Shown one piece after another: positions 12,885 through 26,569 of a stretch of DNA of 64,000 nt. This DNA comes from Callorhinchus milii. Lineage: Eukaryota. Every line of letters starts with the position of its first letter. Position 1 is the first letter of the stretch. The DNA is taken from the NCBI RefSeq assembly GCF_018977255.1, contig NW_024704743.1, positions 36,706,001 to 36,770,000 of the forward strand, written 5' to 3'. The position numbers and the translations under genes are program-made. Below the pieces are notes generated by a model, which was not told the origin of the DNA, did not search any database, and saw only the letters and a list, made by a program, of their open reading frames with translations.

Positions 12885-13048
12885 TGGAATTTTTACTGCT
12901 ACTAATTTTATAAAGATATTATTTTGAAATAAGTAGCAATTCTTGTGATAAATTACATTTATTTTAGTAAACCTAATTCCATTGGGTTAGTAAAAATGAC
13001 AAAACAACTAAGAATTTCTCTTTAATCATTGCATATTACTTCTTTCAG

Positions 13049-13100
13049 GTTGTTGACTGCATTCTCCCAGCCTTGGTTTCATTGGTGCTTAGTCAGAATG
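13049..13100 (+). CDS. ULK4: ULK4 internal coding exon (52 nt, phase 0 to 1): VVDCILPALVSLVLSQN
   Basis: tctttcAG acceptor, G|gtaaga donor; peptide matches recalled vertebrate ULK4 VVDYILPPLVSLVQSQN; in frame with the next exon. Confidence 0.92.
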
Positions 13101-13212
13101 GTAAGAGCAGTCATGTATCCAATATCCATTGGTGCCGCCTTTCATTCCTTTTTTAAAAAAAATTTGGAAGGAGAAAATTTTTTAACTTTTTTACGTTCGC
13201 TTGTCTTTCAAG

Positions 13213-13357
13213 TGGAGTGGCGGATCTTCACCTTGCGTTTGTTGGCAGAAACTGCATTGCTGTTGGTGAACCAAGAGACTATGTCTGAAGAGAAAAGGGA
13301 GAAGCCTTCTACAAATGGCAAACTGCTGTCTCTCATGAAGGAATATCTGCTCCCTCA
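13213..13357 (+). CDS. ULK4: ULK4 internal coding exon (145 nt): VEWRIFTLRLLAETALLLVNQETMSEEKREKPSTNGKLLSLMKEYLLP
   Basis: gtctttcaAG acceptor after a 112-nt intron, CA|gtaagt donor; resembles recalled ULK4 VEWRLFSLRLLSETTSLLVNQE...LLP; seen in ORF 13029..13361. Confidence 0.93.
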
Positions 13358-13770
13358 GTAAGTGAATGCCACGTGGTGGACTGTTAGCTCAATTATATTA
13401 TTGACTGCTAGCATATTGAATTGTTAAGGACACTCTGACCTTCTAGTGTTTTATTTCATAATCATCAAAGAATCAATCTGTGTAACATTATTTTTAACAT
13501 GCTCTGACCTTTATTAAAACATTAAGTGATTGAAAAGTGGTTGAAATTTTTAAGAATGATAAAGAGTGCAACCTTTTCAGCAGTCAGTTGCAATTTATTG
13601 GCAGCTTTGCATTTGTATTGCTAGTTTTTAAAGGCTCATAAAAATATGTTCTCACTCCTGAATGGCCCCGGTGACTCTTGCTTTAGAAGCAGTGGTAGAG
13701 ATAATAGGAGAGTGGGAGTGATGACTTCCCCTTCACCCCCCACAGTCCCCCCCGGTGGCTTTTAGGCATA

Positions 13771-13992
13771 TGATGACATCTTTACCTCCCACTCCGGCTC
13801 TCTTCATATTGCTTTCCGCGCTGCCTCATACCTCCCACTCCACCTCGCTTCCTATCATTCTGGAAGCAGATAGTAGAGTGATGGGAAGAGAGGCGGAGTG
13901 GGAAGTACGACAGCAAGTAGAGTGATGGGAAAAGAGATGGAGTTGGAGGTACGGAATGAGGCAGCTTGGAAAGCGACAGGAAGGTGGCATCA
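13771..13992. repeat. Purine/pyrimidine-skewed foldback with internal direct repeat
   Basis: Left arm tacctcccactccacctcgcttcctatcattct pairs with right arm agagtgatggga(a)agag..ggagt.gga.gta, which occurs twice; gctttccgcgctgcctca / tgaggcagcttggaaagc; tgatgacatctt / aaggtggcatca. Confidence 0.7.
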
Positions 13993-15280
13993 ATGATGGC
14001 TCAGCCCTCACCCCTCTCCCACTGGTTGCAAACCTGCCTCTGCCACCTTTTAGAAGCTCTTGTGTGGACGTAGGTTGAGGACTGATTCACACTTTTCAAT
14101 GGATAAGCTGCCACCACTCACTGAGCAGGGGCACGAACAAAAATGATCACTTGAGCAACGTGCCAGAGAATGTCGGTTACTGTGGAACCAACATAAGCCA
14201 GCAGGTCATACCAAAAATTGAGGGATTATAGTCTATTTTGAGTATATACAAAACAGATGACCGGTTTTATACATAATTCTTTTTCAAACTGTATTTAAAA
14301 ATGTATTAGAAAACTGTCTGAAATATGTATTTAACATAAGATTACAGGACTATTTACAAAGTGGCCTAATTAAAATGCAGAATATTTATACTAATGTAAT
14401 TAAATTCAAAATATTTCTTATATGCACCACAGATTTTATGATTATTTAAACTATAATTAATTGTACTCATGTTCACAATTCTTGCTTGTCCGTAGAATTG
14501 AATTAAAGCGGCGTAAAGGGAGACAGGGGAGGTAAAGGCATAATGGGGAATGAGAAGAGATGCAGACCACCGTGACAAAAACAAATATTGGACAGAGAGA
14601 AAAATTATACCCCATAACCAAAATCATTAAATATCTTGGCACATTCAATTAAGTTCACACACAAGAAAAACAGTTATACAGTACAAGAGGGGAAGTCATG
14701 TAATCAGATCACAAAATGTAATGCAGTTTTCAAAACGTTGTCACATTGTCTTGAACACAAAATAAAAACAATTTTTGGTTCCTACACAAGCAAGACAAAT
14801 GTTGACAAACATTACTTAAATGGAGTCACTGTGCCATTATGTCCTACACCTTTTCGTTGCTTCTTCTCTGTACTCTTAATATTCCTAGCTTATGCATGTG
14901 CCTAACACCTGAATTTTAGAAACATTTAAGTATGTATTGTATAATTATCCTTGCGTTTAATTTGGCACCTTATCAAATTGTCAAAATGTCTCAAGGAGCT
15001 TCACAGGATTTTTATAGTAAAGTGTGGTGACTGTGTATTTGTAGACAGATGTGGCAGCCAATTTGCACATAGCAACGGCCCGCAAACAGCCATGAGTGAC
15101 TACTTTTATTTGGAGCATTGTTAGCCAGGTCACTGGAAGAACATCCCTTCTTTTTTTGAGTAGTGCCTTGGGATCTTTAACATCCATTTGAATAGGCAGA
15201 TGAGACCTCAGTTTGACATCTCATCTGAAGGACAGCACCCCCAACAATGGAGCGCAGTATGTTGGAGCATCAGCCGAGAC

Positions 15281-15965
15281 CAGGGTTATCCAATACGTAA
15301 GCCACAAGCCACATAGGGCAAACTGGGAATCCAGATGTGGTAAAATTGCATTTATTGAAATGAAAAAAGATCAATAGACACAGTCGAGCATGTGTTCTGA
15401 ATACTCCTATTTGTACGGAGTATACGTGTGTACTTTGACCTTTTTGTGCATTTGTTGGTAAAATGGTAAGACAAAAAGCAGCGTATGCAACTGTTTTTTG
15501 ATTGTTGTGTGAGCTTTATTTCCCTGGTTACTGCGTAATGGTTATTTGCTAAAATTTGTGTAACACGGGTGAAAACGCTGGTTTTCAGCACCATGGAAAC
15601 ACCAGCGATATTGTATGGAGAGGGGAGCTGTCAATTGTGATCAGCTCAACCAGAAGAAAGCAAGCCCAGTCAATACCACGCAGCTCCAACAAGGCACGCC
15701 ATGGTGAAGGGCAAGCAGCATCCAACTGGATGGAAAACAGGGGTGGGTCTGGTGCATCTCGTGAATGAAAAATAAAGGGAAGACTGCAGCGTTTCACACT
15801 GACTGGTGGTAGATGTTTGTTAAGTAAATATACATGTTAAGGTCATTTACCAATATTGTGTGAGTGTATGTAAGGTGTTTTCTACCACAATTAGCGCCTG
15901 TGGCTAAAATGGTGTTGACGTAGCCATACCTGTGGCTGGTCAGAGATTTCTATTGGACAACACTG
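15281..15965. mobile_element. Old non-autonomous hAT-like DNA transposon (685 bp)
   Basis: TIR CAGGGTTATCCAATA / TATTGGACAACACTG (13/15 match), subterminal gccaca/tgtggc repeats, decayed 8-bp flanks gccgagac/accttgac. Confidence 0.62.
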
Positions 15966-18213
15966 ACCTTGACAGTGAGCTCAAAGTCCCAAAGTTGAAT
16001 CTGTGATTCAAAATTGAAGTGCAATATTGAAACACAGCAATTTCTTTGGGGGGGGGGAAAGTTTTCATGTGAACTATTTTACCCACTATTGTATGAGTGC
16101 TTATAGCTTGTGTGTCCAGTGCCTTGGGATGTCCTCCTGATATAATTTGTTGTTGGTGATCCAATACAATGCAACTCTGGGATTCAGAAACTTGTCATTT
16201 CAGGTTCTGTCATTCCTCTCCAGCTCAACACTCTTGTGGTCTAACTAAGTCACGTGGCAAAGGGTGGGGAGGAGGCAGGATTGCTCTGTGGCCCATCTGG
16301 CCTGATGGTTGAAGCCAGCTTTTTCTAAACATTATTAATACATTGTCAGATCTCCTGCTAAGCTCTTTGGTTGGTTAAGTTTGCATTCAANCCCCCCTTG
16401 CAGTTTCTTCTTCCTAAATATAGTCTTGTGGTTTTTCAGAATGGGGAAGGGAATCTCCTGCGCCTAAAATCAATTCCTTTCTGGGTGATATAGGTCACTT
16501 CCAAGTCAGTTAAACAAGCCTTGTGTGTCTCCAATATGATTTTCCAATCACCAGACCTGAATAACTGCTCATATAGCACACTAGATACCTACATTATCTG
16601 CTTGTCTAGGTTCCTAAGCTGTGATTTTCATGGCTGAGCTCTCTATGGATGTGTTAATTGCCCAGGATCTAGAAGTTGTGTTGCTGCTGAGCAGAATGTA
16701 TTGTGTTCCCATGTGCTCAGCAGTTAGCCAGCGTACACAGGGATCTGCTGCTGGTACCCAACATCCAGAAAAGCAGCACCCATGTATCAAGCAGGATCAT
16801 TTCAATTTGATAGATTAAGAAGTATGTTCCTTCAGAACAGAAGTTAATTTGAGGTTGATGGTGTTATTCTTCACTATATCGAATGAAGCTGGTGCTTCAT
16901 GACCCCTGTTAGACTCCAGTGGATCAAGAAGTATTTATATTTAGCTGTTCCTGGACTATAATTTATTAAATTTTATTTAGCTCTAGTCAGAGAAGTTCTA
17001 AAGCCCCTGTGGTTATGCCATTCCTTTCATTACATTATCCATGCTGTTCTCCATTTAATTACTCAAAATGCTTCTCAGCTGTTTCTTAGCTGGCACCAGC
17101 AGAGACTCGGTGGGTTGAATGGCCTCTGTTAATGTTGGAATTTCTATGACTCTTCTAGTCAGAGCATTTAGTCCTCACTGATCAAGGCAACCAGAGCCGC
17201 CTAAATAGCACTCCCTTCTCTCCTGGCTCATATCCCTATCTAATAATTATGGCTAAGTGATTTTGCTGCAGACTAATAGATCCTACATTACTCCTGTTCC
17301 CTATCACATAATTCCTATTTGAATATTAAAATTGATGTCAAAGGATGTAGTTTACGCTTGAACTTTCACTTACCATTAAATATGATTCATGGCTATCAGC
17401 ACTAAATTCATCTGTGTTCAATTTCTCTCTATTTTAGAGCAAAGTGCTTTCACCTTCAGTCGCTGTAGAATTCTGAAAAAGAGGCTTCAGTTTTTCAGGG
17501 CTTATACATTTAGCTTAGAATAGCACAATTGAACATAAGATGCTCTTTACTTAATATGAGCGCCTTCAAAACTGTTTACCCAAAGAAGACCCAAATTTAA
17601 CTATTTGAAGAAAGACAGAATAGTTCCAGATGGGACATCATTTGTGCCTTTTGCCTCAATTTTAAGATTTTTTTCTGCATGCACCCTGTCGTACCCATAT
17701 GAATAAGGTAACATATAGCCCAAATTGTAGTGAAGCACTCATTTTAACTCAAAAGTTAAAAAAGTTCTTGTCCACGTTATCAAATTGCTCTTCAATTCCC
17801 TCTAGTATAGCTGGAATACAATGCACAATCTTTCGAAATGAGACAGTGGAGCTGAAAATACGCTCCTCTTCAAAACATTAGTGTTAGTGATGCGTGGCCA
17901 CCTACTAGAAAAAAGTGCCTCCTGCTGTAAACTATATTTTCTGCAGGGAATCTCCTTGTGTGTCATGCCATTCCATGAGATCGTAGCTCCAAGGAGATCT
18001 GCGGTTGGGGCTAAGGGCTCAGACATTGCTGTGATACACAAGGGATTTGTTCAGGAATATGCAATTTACATCATGAGAAGCTTTTTCTGATGGTAAAGTG
18101 CCAGGAATGTTACTACTTTCAATTATTAATGGTGACTTATCACAAGGATATTGATAATTATTGGCTGTTCAATATGNTTTTTTGGTTACTGCATTTCATT
18201 GAAGCCTTAATTT

Positions 18214-18472
18214 GGCCCGCCCCACCATCGACAGTTGGGCCTTCAGCCTCTCTGCCTCCACCCTTTGGAACTCCATCCCCCAGTCCCTACACCTTGCTCC
18301 CTCCCTTGCCTCCTTCAAGGGTCGTCTCAAGACTCTCCTACCCTTAGCCTTCCTGCCCTCTACCCATCCTGATCCCAACCCCAGCTTGGGTCCAAATCCC
18401 TGACTATCCAGGGCCTTGGGACATCCTCCCAACATGAAAGGCACTATACAAATGGAATTTATTATTGTTATT
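18214..18472 (+). mobile_element. L2 3' fragment
   Basis: RPTIDSWAFSLSASTLWNSIPQSLHLAPSLASFKGRLKT plus type A tail. Confidence 0.85.
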
Positions 18473-18760
18473 GCTTTCAAGGTGAGCACTGTTTCAACCC
18501 ATCAACTTCATTTACACAGGAATAATTTACCACACTAAAATGATTAGACATCAATAGTGGAGTTAAATAAACCTCTACAGTAGCCCTTTCAGCTGGAACA
18601 TTTTTGACATTCCATGAAGATTTTTCACATTAGTATTTACCTTGGTAACTTTCACTGATTTTACGTCTGAACTTCCTAATAGGTTTTTCCTTCAGATTGT
18701 TACTTTATTACTGGTGACTTATCACGAGGATATTGCGAATTTATTTGCTGTATTAAATTT

Positions 18761-19081
18761 TTTTATAGCGCCTTATCACGTCATCGAGACATTTCAAAGC
18801 GCTTCACAGAATATACTGCAAAGTGGATTGACTGTATATTTTGTGGCTGAAACACGGCAGCCAATTGCGCACAGCAGTGTCCCTTTTTTTTGAAGGAATT
18901 GTTACCCCTGGAAAAACAATCTGCTCAGCGACTAACAACCGGGCTCCTACTTACTGCTAGGTGAACAGAGGCATGTGGATGGTGTAAGGAAACTTGTCTA
19001 ACGTTTCGCTCTGCCTGGGAATCGAACCAGGTCCTCTTGCTTGCGAGGCGAGTGCTCTAACCGCTAAACTACAGGACTCCA
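18761..19081 (-). mobile_element. Young tRNA-derived SINE (long subtype)
   Basis: Carries the extra ...ctctgttcacctagcagtaagtaggagcccggttgttag... segment absent from the short subtype. Confidence 0.85.
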
Positions 19082-19575
19082 CAAGTTTAAAATGAAAAAG
19101 TCTGGAGCGAGACCAGAGATTTCTTTCCCCCCATTGAATCGTGACTATGTGGAACAGACTCCCGTAAGAGCAACTGGTGATGTGACTAATTCAAATAAGT
19201 TTTTTTTTGTGAACAAAATTCGAATGATGTGGATATAGGTGCATATTGAGAGGAGCAATATTGAAAGGAACAGAATGGTTTGTGCACTCTCATAACCTGA
19301 GGAAGGATGGAAACAGGGACAGTAAATAGGATGGGAGTTGCTGGCAGTTAGCTAAGGTTGGCACCAGTGGCAGTGTGGAATAAGGTGTTGGCCACACATC
19401 CTTGTCTGCAACAGTTGCGTGGCCAGGGAGAACCCACTAACAAAAAAACGGAAAGGAGGACAGTACCTTCATGTGATGGGTTTGCGCATGTGTCTGACCC
19501 AAATAATTGGAAGTTATTTTTTTAAGATATTTTTCTATTTGCTGATTTCCAAGCTTTGCAACTTATTTTTTCCAG

Positions 19576-19668
19576 TTATGACCAGATCTTGATGGAGCCT
19601 GACCCAGTGCCAGTCTATGCCTTGAAGCTGCTTGTTTCACTGACTGAACTTAGTCCTGCTTTTATCAG
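19576..19668 (+). CDS. ULK4: ULK4 internal coding exon (93 nt): (H)YDQILMEPDPVPVYALKLLVSLTELSPAFI(R)
   Basis: ttttttccAG acceptor, AG|gtaaac donor, phase 2/2; resembles recalled ULK4 YEHILLEPDPVPAYALKLLVAMTEHNPTFTR. Confidence 0.94.
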
Positions 19669-19734
19669 GTAAACTGCCATCTTCTATTGATGTTTCATTG
19701 TTATAGGGGGGAGTCGAGAACCAGGGCTTCACAA

Positions 19735-19919
19735 CAGGATTAATAAGAGCATCTCAGAGTTGCCAATGGGGATTCCTGACGATAACTGGTAGTATTTTGT
19801 GCTCAATTTGGAATTTCTTCCAGCACTTTCAAGCAGAGATCCTGTGAGTTGGTCATGCCGTATTGCTAATTACCAGCAGGATTCCCATTAGTGAATTTCA
19901 GTCAGATTAATAAATCCTG
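19735..19919. repeat. Imperfect foldback 67 nt downstream of a ULK4 exon
   Basis: caggattaataa...aatggggattcctgacgataactggtagta versus tattgctaattaccagcaggattcccatt...ttaataaatcctg. Confidence 0.65.
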
Positions 19920-21587
19920 ATGCAAACTACCATGATTTCAAATCCATTTTTTTTTAAAAAAACACAGCGTTGATTCTTTAGCCTCTATTTGAAGCTCCAT
20001 AGGGAGAACATCACAAACAGAACAGAAAAAGCTGGAGGACATTGGAAGTTTTATGACAGACCTTAGACAGACAACGGAACATGGGGAAAGGATAAAGTAA
20101 TAGAGGGAGAATATAGATAGGATTTTTTAAAAATATATATATATATTCTACCTTCTTCCCTTTAGGGAAGCTATAAAATACATCCACCTAAAAAATACAC
20201 ATTCACTACACTTCACAGTAAATCCTGTAAAGCGTTTTGAGACATCCTCCCAAAGTGAAAGATGCCATACCAAATTCAAGGATTATTATTATTATTGTTT
20301 CTAAAAATATGAATAATGTAATGGTGTTTCTTCAGCCTACCTCTAACCCAGCAGGTCCCGCCGTGTAGGAGATATAGGAATAATAGGCAGCCTACACATT
20401 TGTTCCATGACAAAGATGAGTAACACTGCAAACCTGGGGCATTTTTATGAAATGATAAATAAATAGTACTTAAGCATTTTCCACTACTATAATTATTATT
20501 TACAGCTCAAAAGGTCACATGAATAATACTGTTAATAATAGTACCATTTTCAGATGCAAGAATTGGACTGGAACATCTTTAGTTTGTTACAGATCCTTTG
20601 TGCTCAACCAAGTCTGGTTTCAATATATTTTTAGAGTATGAATTAACTGAATAATAACCAACTCTGTAATCTAACAGATGAAATATGTTTATGTTTTGGC
20701 CAAAGCCCACCAAAATGACAATGTTTCTGTACTCGTTTGGGATTCAGTCAGTGCAGAGGGCAATGTTTAAAACTATGTGGAACATTTTGGTAACAGACAT
20801 GTAAGGAGTTTGGTACCCTTACATTATTTGGGATGGGGAGGGGGATGAGTTAAGTTTTCCTTTCACAAGCTGTGTATTGCAGGATTGCAGCACATTTCCT
20901 GCAGGACAGTGAGTACTGTGTTCTTGGCTGATGATCCCTTTTTTTCAAGAAAGGATCTTTGTGAAAAAGACAAGTGTGAAATAGAATTACTTCAACTTTC
21001 TTTGTAAAAAAATTATCTGAGTGGAATTCTTGTGACCCGAAGGTTAGTAATAAAAATCAGAAATGTAAAACGTCCATAGCAAATTTGCCAGGATCACTAA
21101 CACCACATTCCTTTCTCATCACTAAGTTCTTTTTGTGTGAGATGGTTTGGCTGCAGAGAAAATGGAAACATTGTGGTGTAATCTCTGACCTGGAGTATTT
21201 CTGAAATCTCCCTTGACAAGATCATGCTTGCAGGCCGCAAACGACAGCATGATTCTCACGCAGTACAAAGTGAGATGTGTGAAGTGGCTTCACTTTGTTA
21301 TGTGATGTTGTGGTTCTTAAGATACTATTAAAAGCATATGGTATACTGGGACTGTTAACGGGGATCTGCCCGTGTCATATCCCATTGGCTAACTGTTCTT
21401 CACTATGCTCAGCCCTACCGGCAGTGCAGAGCCTGTATTGTGTTCTGGTCGGACTGCACATTTAATACTGAATACAGTTTTGATCACTGTAAACAGAATG
21501 GGGTTCCCAAGCCTAGAGCTTGGTGCAGAGGAAAGTAATGAGAATGATCCCCAGTGTTAGAGGAATATCCGCAGACATGAGGTACGT

Positions 21588-22570
21588 TTCCACATGTATG
21601 CGGATGACACCCAACTATATCTCTTTGCCTCCACCCTGAACTACAGGCGTTCTGACCGACTGCCTGTCCGCCATCAAGTCCTGGATGAGGGACAACTTTC
21701 TCCAACTCAACGTCAGCAAGACCGAGGCCTACCTGATTGGCTCGCACCAGCGCCTCCGCACCTCGGGCGCTGGCAGCATCAGCCTCCATGGCTGCACACT
21801 CAACCTCACTAAGCCAGTCAGGAACCTGGGTGTCTTGTTTGACCCTGAACTGTCCTTTCTCCCCCACATACACCCATGACTGGCACTGCCTACCACCACC
21901 TCCGCCACATTGCCAGACTCCGCCACTGCCTCACCCCTCAGGCTGCTGAAATTTATCCATGCATTCATCACATCAAGGCTCGATTAAGGAAACTCCCTCC
22001 TCATCGGCCTTCCCAACTCTTCCCTTCAAAAGCTGTAGATCATCCAAACCTCTGCAGCTTGTGTACTCTCGCGCACCAGGCTCTGTGATCCCATCGCTCC
22101 CACCTTCACCCAAATCGACTGGCATCCCATCCCCCAGAGGATTGAGTTCAAGATCCTTGTCCTCACTTTGAAGGCCATCCATGGCCTTGCCCCCTCCTAC
22201 TTCCATGACCTGCTGACTCCCTACCAACCTGCCCGCTCCCTCCGTTCCGCGGGCTCCGGTCTACTCCATGTCTCCCACCTGTCCCGCCCTACCATCAGTG
22301 GCCGGGCTTTCAGCCTCTCTGACCCCATACTCTGGAACTCCATCCCGCAGTCCCTTCGCCTCACTTCCTCCCTGTGCCTCCTTCAAGGCCGGTCTCAAGA
22401 CCCTTCTCTTCGAACATGCCTTTGGTCTCCCTCCCACCTCTCTGCCTTCCCTCACCCCTACACCACCCTTCCCCCATGCTCGGGCCTGACACCTGACTGT
22501 CCAGCACTTTGGGACGTCCTCCCAACATGAAAGGGGCTCTATAAATGTAATTTTGTTGTTGTTGTTGTTA
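21588..22570 (+). mobile_element. 5'-truncated L2 LINE including the RT YADD motif
   Basis: MYADDTQLYL, NFLQLNVSKTE, RNLGVLFDPELSFLPHI, HGLAPSY...; frameshifted; type A tail (gtt)n. Confidence 0.93.
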
Positions 22571-23102
22571 TTGAATAAGCTACCAGCTAGGACAATAGAA
22601 AATTGGGGAAATATTTGTCAGATAGTGAGGGCCCATTTGCCGAATTCTGTGGAAAATTGCAGAGCGTTGATTAGTGCTATTGAGAGATACATTTTGTGAA
22701 ACAACACAGGTCAAAATTATAGGCATATATTTCCTGAAAATGTAATTATGTTTAAAATACTAAAAATGTTAATGTGAATAGTACAGCACTTACCAAGAAT
22801 TTGTCGCAGGAGCTCAGGTTTGGCCGGACGTCGAGCAAGTATATGGCAGTAGTGTCATGCAGATGGTATTTCTATCATGGGTCCCTCAATAGCGAGTGAA
22901 GCTGATTTCCCGTTCCCGCCGTTTTTGCGATCCTAACACTCCCCGCACCGGGCACTCGCGACCGGAGCTGCTGCACCCACCGTAGCAGCGTTGAGCAACC
23001 AGCGCGCAGAGGACCGAGACTATGTATACAAGTTTGTAGCAGAGGAGGGCGTTTCTAGCGGCTTCTGCAGAAAAATTGCGGCCACAATCTTCTGTTGGCC
23101 CA

Positions 23103-23315
23103 GGTTATGAGCAACGATTAGACAAGCTAGGGCTCTTCAGCCTTGAGAGAAAGATGACTCCGAGGGGACCTTATTGAGATATATACATTTTTTAAAGGGA
23201 TTGGAAAAGTAAAGATAAATACTTTAGGATGTGTGAAGACAGTGAACGAGAGCACATGAGCTTAGAGTTGTAAAGGGCAATTACAGGGCAGATACCAAGA
23301 AGTTTTTCCTTACTT
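23103..23315 (+). mobile_element. CR1 ORF2 C-terminal fragment
   Basis: YEQRLDKLGLFSLER / LRGDLIEIYTFFKG / RAHELRVVKGNYRADTKKFF. Confidence 0.8.
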
Positions 23316-23465
23316 TAAAATCTTATTTTAATATAATTTATGTATTCTGCCTTGGGCAGTTGTTGCTTAACTTGGAAACAGTTATCCTGTAAGCAAACTT
23401 GAAGATGTAAGTTTACAGAGGAAACAGCGGGAGACTTCTCCATTGCCCATAGACCCACGGGCAGC

Positions 23466-23662
23466 AAAGCCAATTTCAAGATCCTCACCTTGTATTCAAG
23501 GCCCTGCACTCCTCTGCACCCCCCTACCTCTCTGACCTCTCTCCTCAAATCAGTACCCATTGCCTCCGTTCCTCCAGGTCTGGCCTCCTCCTCGTCCCCC
23601 GAGTCCTCTGTTCCACCCTCGGCAGCCGTGGAGGGCGCTATATAAATGCAAGTTGTTGTTGT
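23466..23662 (+). mobile_element. L2 3' fragment, type B tail
   Basis: FKILTLYSRP...; ends gtggagggcgctatataaatgcaagttgttgttg. Confidence 0.75.
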
Positions 23663-24929
23663 TATAGTGCCACCACCAATATGCATCTAACATCAACCAA
23701 CACAATCCAGGGGTTGATATCTCTGGCCACTTCAGCTGAGTACCACTTAGGGAGTGTATACAATACAATACAAAATTACATTTGTATAGCACCTTTCACG
23801 TCGGGAGGATGTCCCAAGGCACTGGACAGTCAGGGCAGTCAGTATTTACCCATTGAACCAGTAAAGCAGCTAAATACAATCTTGCATCTAATGTCACCAT
23901 GCAACAGGCAAGGCAAACACTAGTAGGCAAATTATTTGAGGGTGTAACCTGGCTTTTATTGGTGGAAACAGACAAGGGGGGCAACATGCATGTTTCCTCT
24001 TAACCCAATAGCTCTGAAATCTGCTAGTAGTCTAAAGGTGAGAGCAGTTTGAGGTAACTGAGTCCCAGACTTTCAATTCGCCAGTTAAATTTTGTTGAAT
24101 CTTACTTCTTTTTCCAATGCAAAGCATAGTATAGGTCTCTATTTCAATAATATCTTATGCAGTAGCAGTAACAGCACTGAAACCTTTTTCTGGGAAACTC
24201 TTGAGCCAAAACACTGGAGCTGATTAATAAGGGACCCTTTATTTAGAGTAGTCACCAATTAGGATCATGTGATTTTGACCCAAAGCTTATACAAGGAGTA
24301 GTCGCTAACATGTAAGTATGTTTTCCCAGTTGGTTTGAGTGACCTACTGATGATATGTGAAGAATACATTGATGTGAACAGTGATAGCTACTGTTAGAGA
24401 AGAGTAATGTGCCTTCTACTTCAAAAGTGCATGGATATAGAAACAGATTTGTACAGAACTATAAAAGAACATTGCGGGCCCAAAGTTTAAAACAAATACT
24501 AAAATTACTAAGATGACCAAGTAATCCTATACCATATCTCTTATGCTCTTCAATTGATTCCTTCGCAAACTAGCTATTTAATTCTCTCTTGAATTTGCCA
24601 CCTCAGTCTGGCTCTATGATTTCTGTTTTACATTGTTGGTGTTCCTTCTAGATTTTGTGATCATGTTAAACATCTAAAATATATTGCTGTTAGTTTACTG
24701 AATCAATTATTAGATTAAGCATGTAAATCTAAAAAAAACTGTGTGACTTTTTGCAAGCATCTGGATTTTACATTGAAATGTCTTGGTTGGATCAGAAATT
24801 GTATACATTGAAAATTAATAAGGCATAGATCCAATGTTTATTTATCCGAATTGAACTGTGCTGCAGATGTAAATCCAAGCTGTTGGTAGCCAAATACAGC
24901 AAACTTGGACCTTCTGAACTTCCCTTCTT

Positions 24930-25325
24930 AACAACAACTTGTATTTATATAGCGCCCTCCACGCTGGGCAGCGTCTCAGACCGCTTAACAATGGTGGGGC
25001 CCAAGGCCGAGCCAGTGGGAGGGGGAGGTTGACCATAGGTGCAGTCGAAGAGGAAGGTCTTCAGGCGCGACCTGAAGATGGGGAAGGAGGGAGTGAGGCA
25101 AAGGGGTTGAGGGAGGGAGTTCCAAAATTTCAGGGCGTAATGGTTGAAGGCACGGCCACCGATAGTGGAGTGGAGGAATCAGGGGACACAGAGGAGGCCG
25201 GACCCAGTAGAGTGGAAGCAGCTCTGTGGGGAGAGAGGAAGTTAGAGAGATGGGAGGTGGCAAGGAATGGAGGGATTTAAACACTAGAGTGAGGATCTTG
25301 AAATCCATCCGCTCTGTGACAGGGA
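24930..25325 (-). mobile_element. L2 3' fragment, type B tail
   Basis: MDFKILTLVFKSLHSL (ORF 24985..25308); tail gagacgctgcccagcgtggagggcgctatataaat on the minus strand. Confidence 0.82.
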
Positions 25326-26569
25326 GAAATTGTTCTAACAGAAACTGTAATTGTTAGAACAGAAACCTAATGTAGGTGAGGTATATTCTGGTGCTTTGTT
25401 TTCTTTGTGTTTATAACATATAGCAATAATGTATGCAAGAAAGTAGTGCAGGTCACTAACCTTGACACAACTTTATAATATTCAATGGACTTTTTCTCCC
25501 AATCACCTCATCCGATCTCATTACAAAGTAAATTTAAACAGAATTTGTCCTTCCTGCGACTTTCCTTTTAGAATCGGTTGAGTTTGCTAAGAACTGAAAT
25601 GCAGTATAATCTAGACTGCAAACTACAACATATTTTACGTTCCTATTTTAGTACTGCAATTTACAGGTCACTTTCCTATATTTAGAAGAATAAGTAGGCA
25701 ATTAGGTATAATACAATTTACATTTATATACAGCCTTTCACATTGGAAGGACATCTCAAAGCGCTTTACATTGATGTCTGGGCACCCAAGCTGGAGAATG
25801 GGAGCTGAAGAGGGAGTACAGAATAGTATATTACCAGATTTGACAATAATTCACTTGATTTACATTGGATTCTCTTCAAATGAAGCATTCCAGCTACACA
25901 TTTATTTGGCACTGATCTGTATTATGTTGAAGAGCAATATTAACCATGAGATTTGTTTTTAGATCTCTTAACGTTTTATGTTGCTATTTAAGATGCTTCC
26001 CAAAATGTTATCATATTGAGCAGCTCAGTTTGTCTCAGTTCGTGATTTCATTCTGCATGAAGTCTCACAGGTCTATAGTCAGCAGCAACATTAGAAGTAC
26101 TGTATTTCTATATATCCTGTATTCTCCTGTACGTGTCAACTGAGCCACGAGATTAAAAGGCAGTTGAATGATAGAACCTGAGATATCAAGTCACCTGAGG
26201 CCTGAAATTCTATCTTTGCTCGTAAAACTACTTTATCTTAACATTTAAGATGACACAGGATTGTGGAAAATTCTTTTTTATTTTTGGGCAGCCCAACACA
26301 TGTGGAAACCCATCAGTATCCAAACCAAACTGAGAGTTCAATGCATCCCACCAGAGAAATTCCAGAGATATTGCACACTCTCTCCCTGGAGGAACACATC
26401 TGCTTACCTAATTCCAGAAAGTATTATAATAATCCTTGCAATTTGATATTGTGCCTTATCACATTGCCGAGACATCTCAAAGTGATTCACAGGATATACT
26501 GTAAGGTGGACTGACTGTATTGTTTTTGTGAAATGCGGCAGCCAGTTTGCACAGACAAAGGTTGGCAAG

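Noticed and set aside
1..13048. Additional upstream ULK4 exon
   Set aside because: No segment with splice sites and ULK4-like translation was found by eye; it probably lies outside the window, but a spliced alignment is needed to exclude it
13029..13361. 110-aa single ORF
   Set aside because: Only 13213-13357 is coding in that frame; the rest is intron or the out-of-frame upstream exon
5211..18177. Single N bases at 5211, 16391 and 18177
   Set aside because: Assembly ambiguities, not biology
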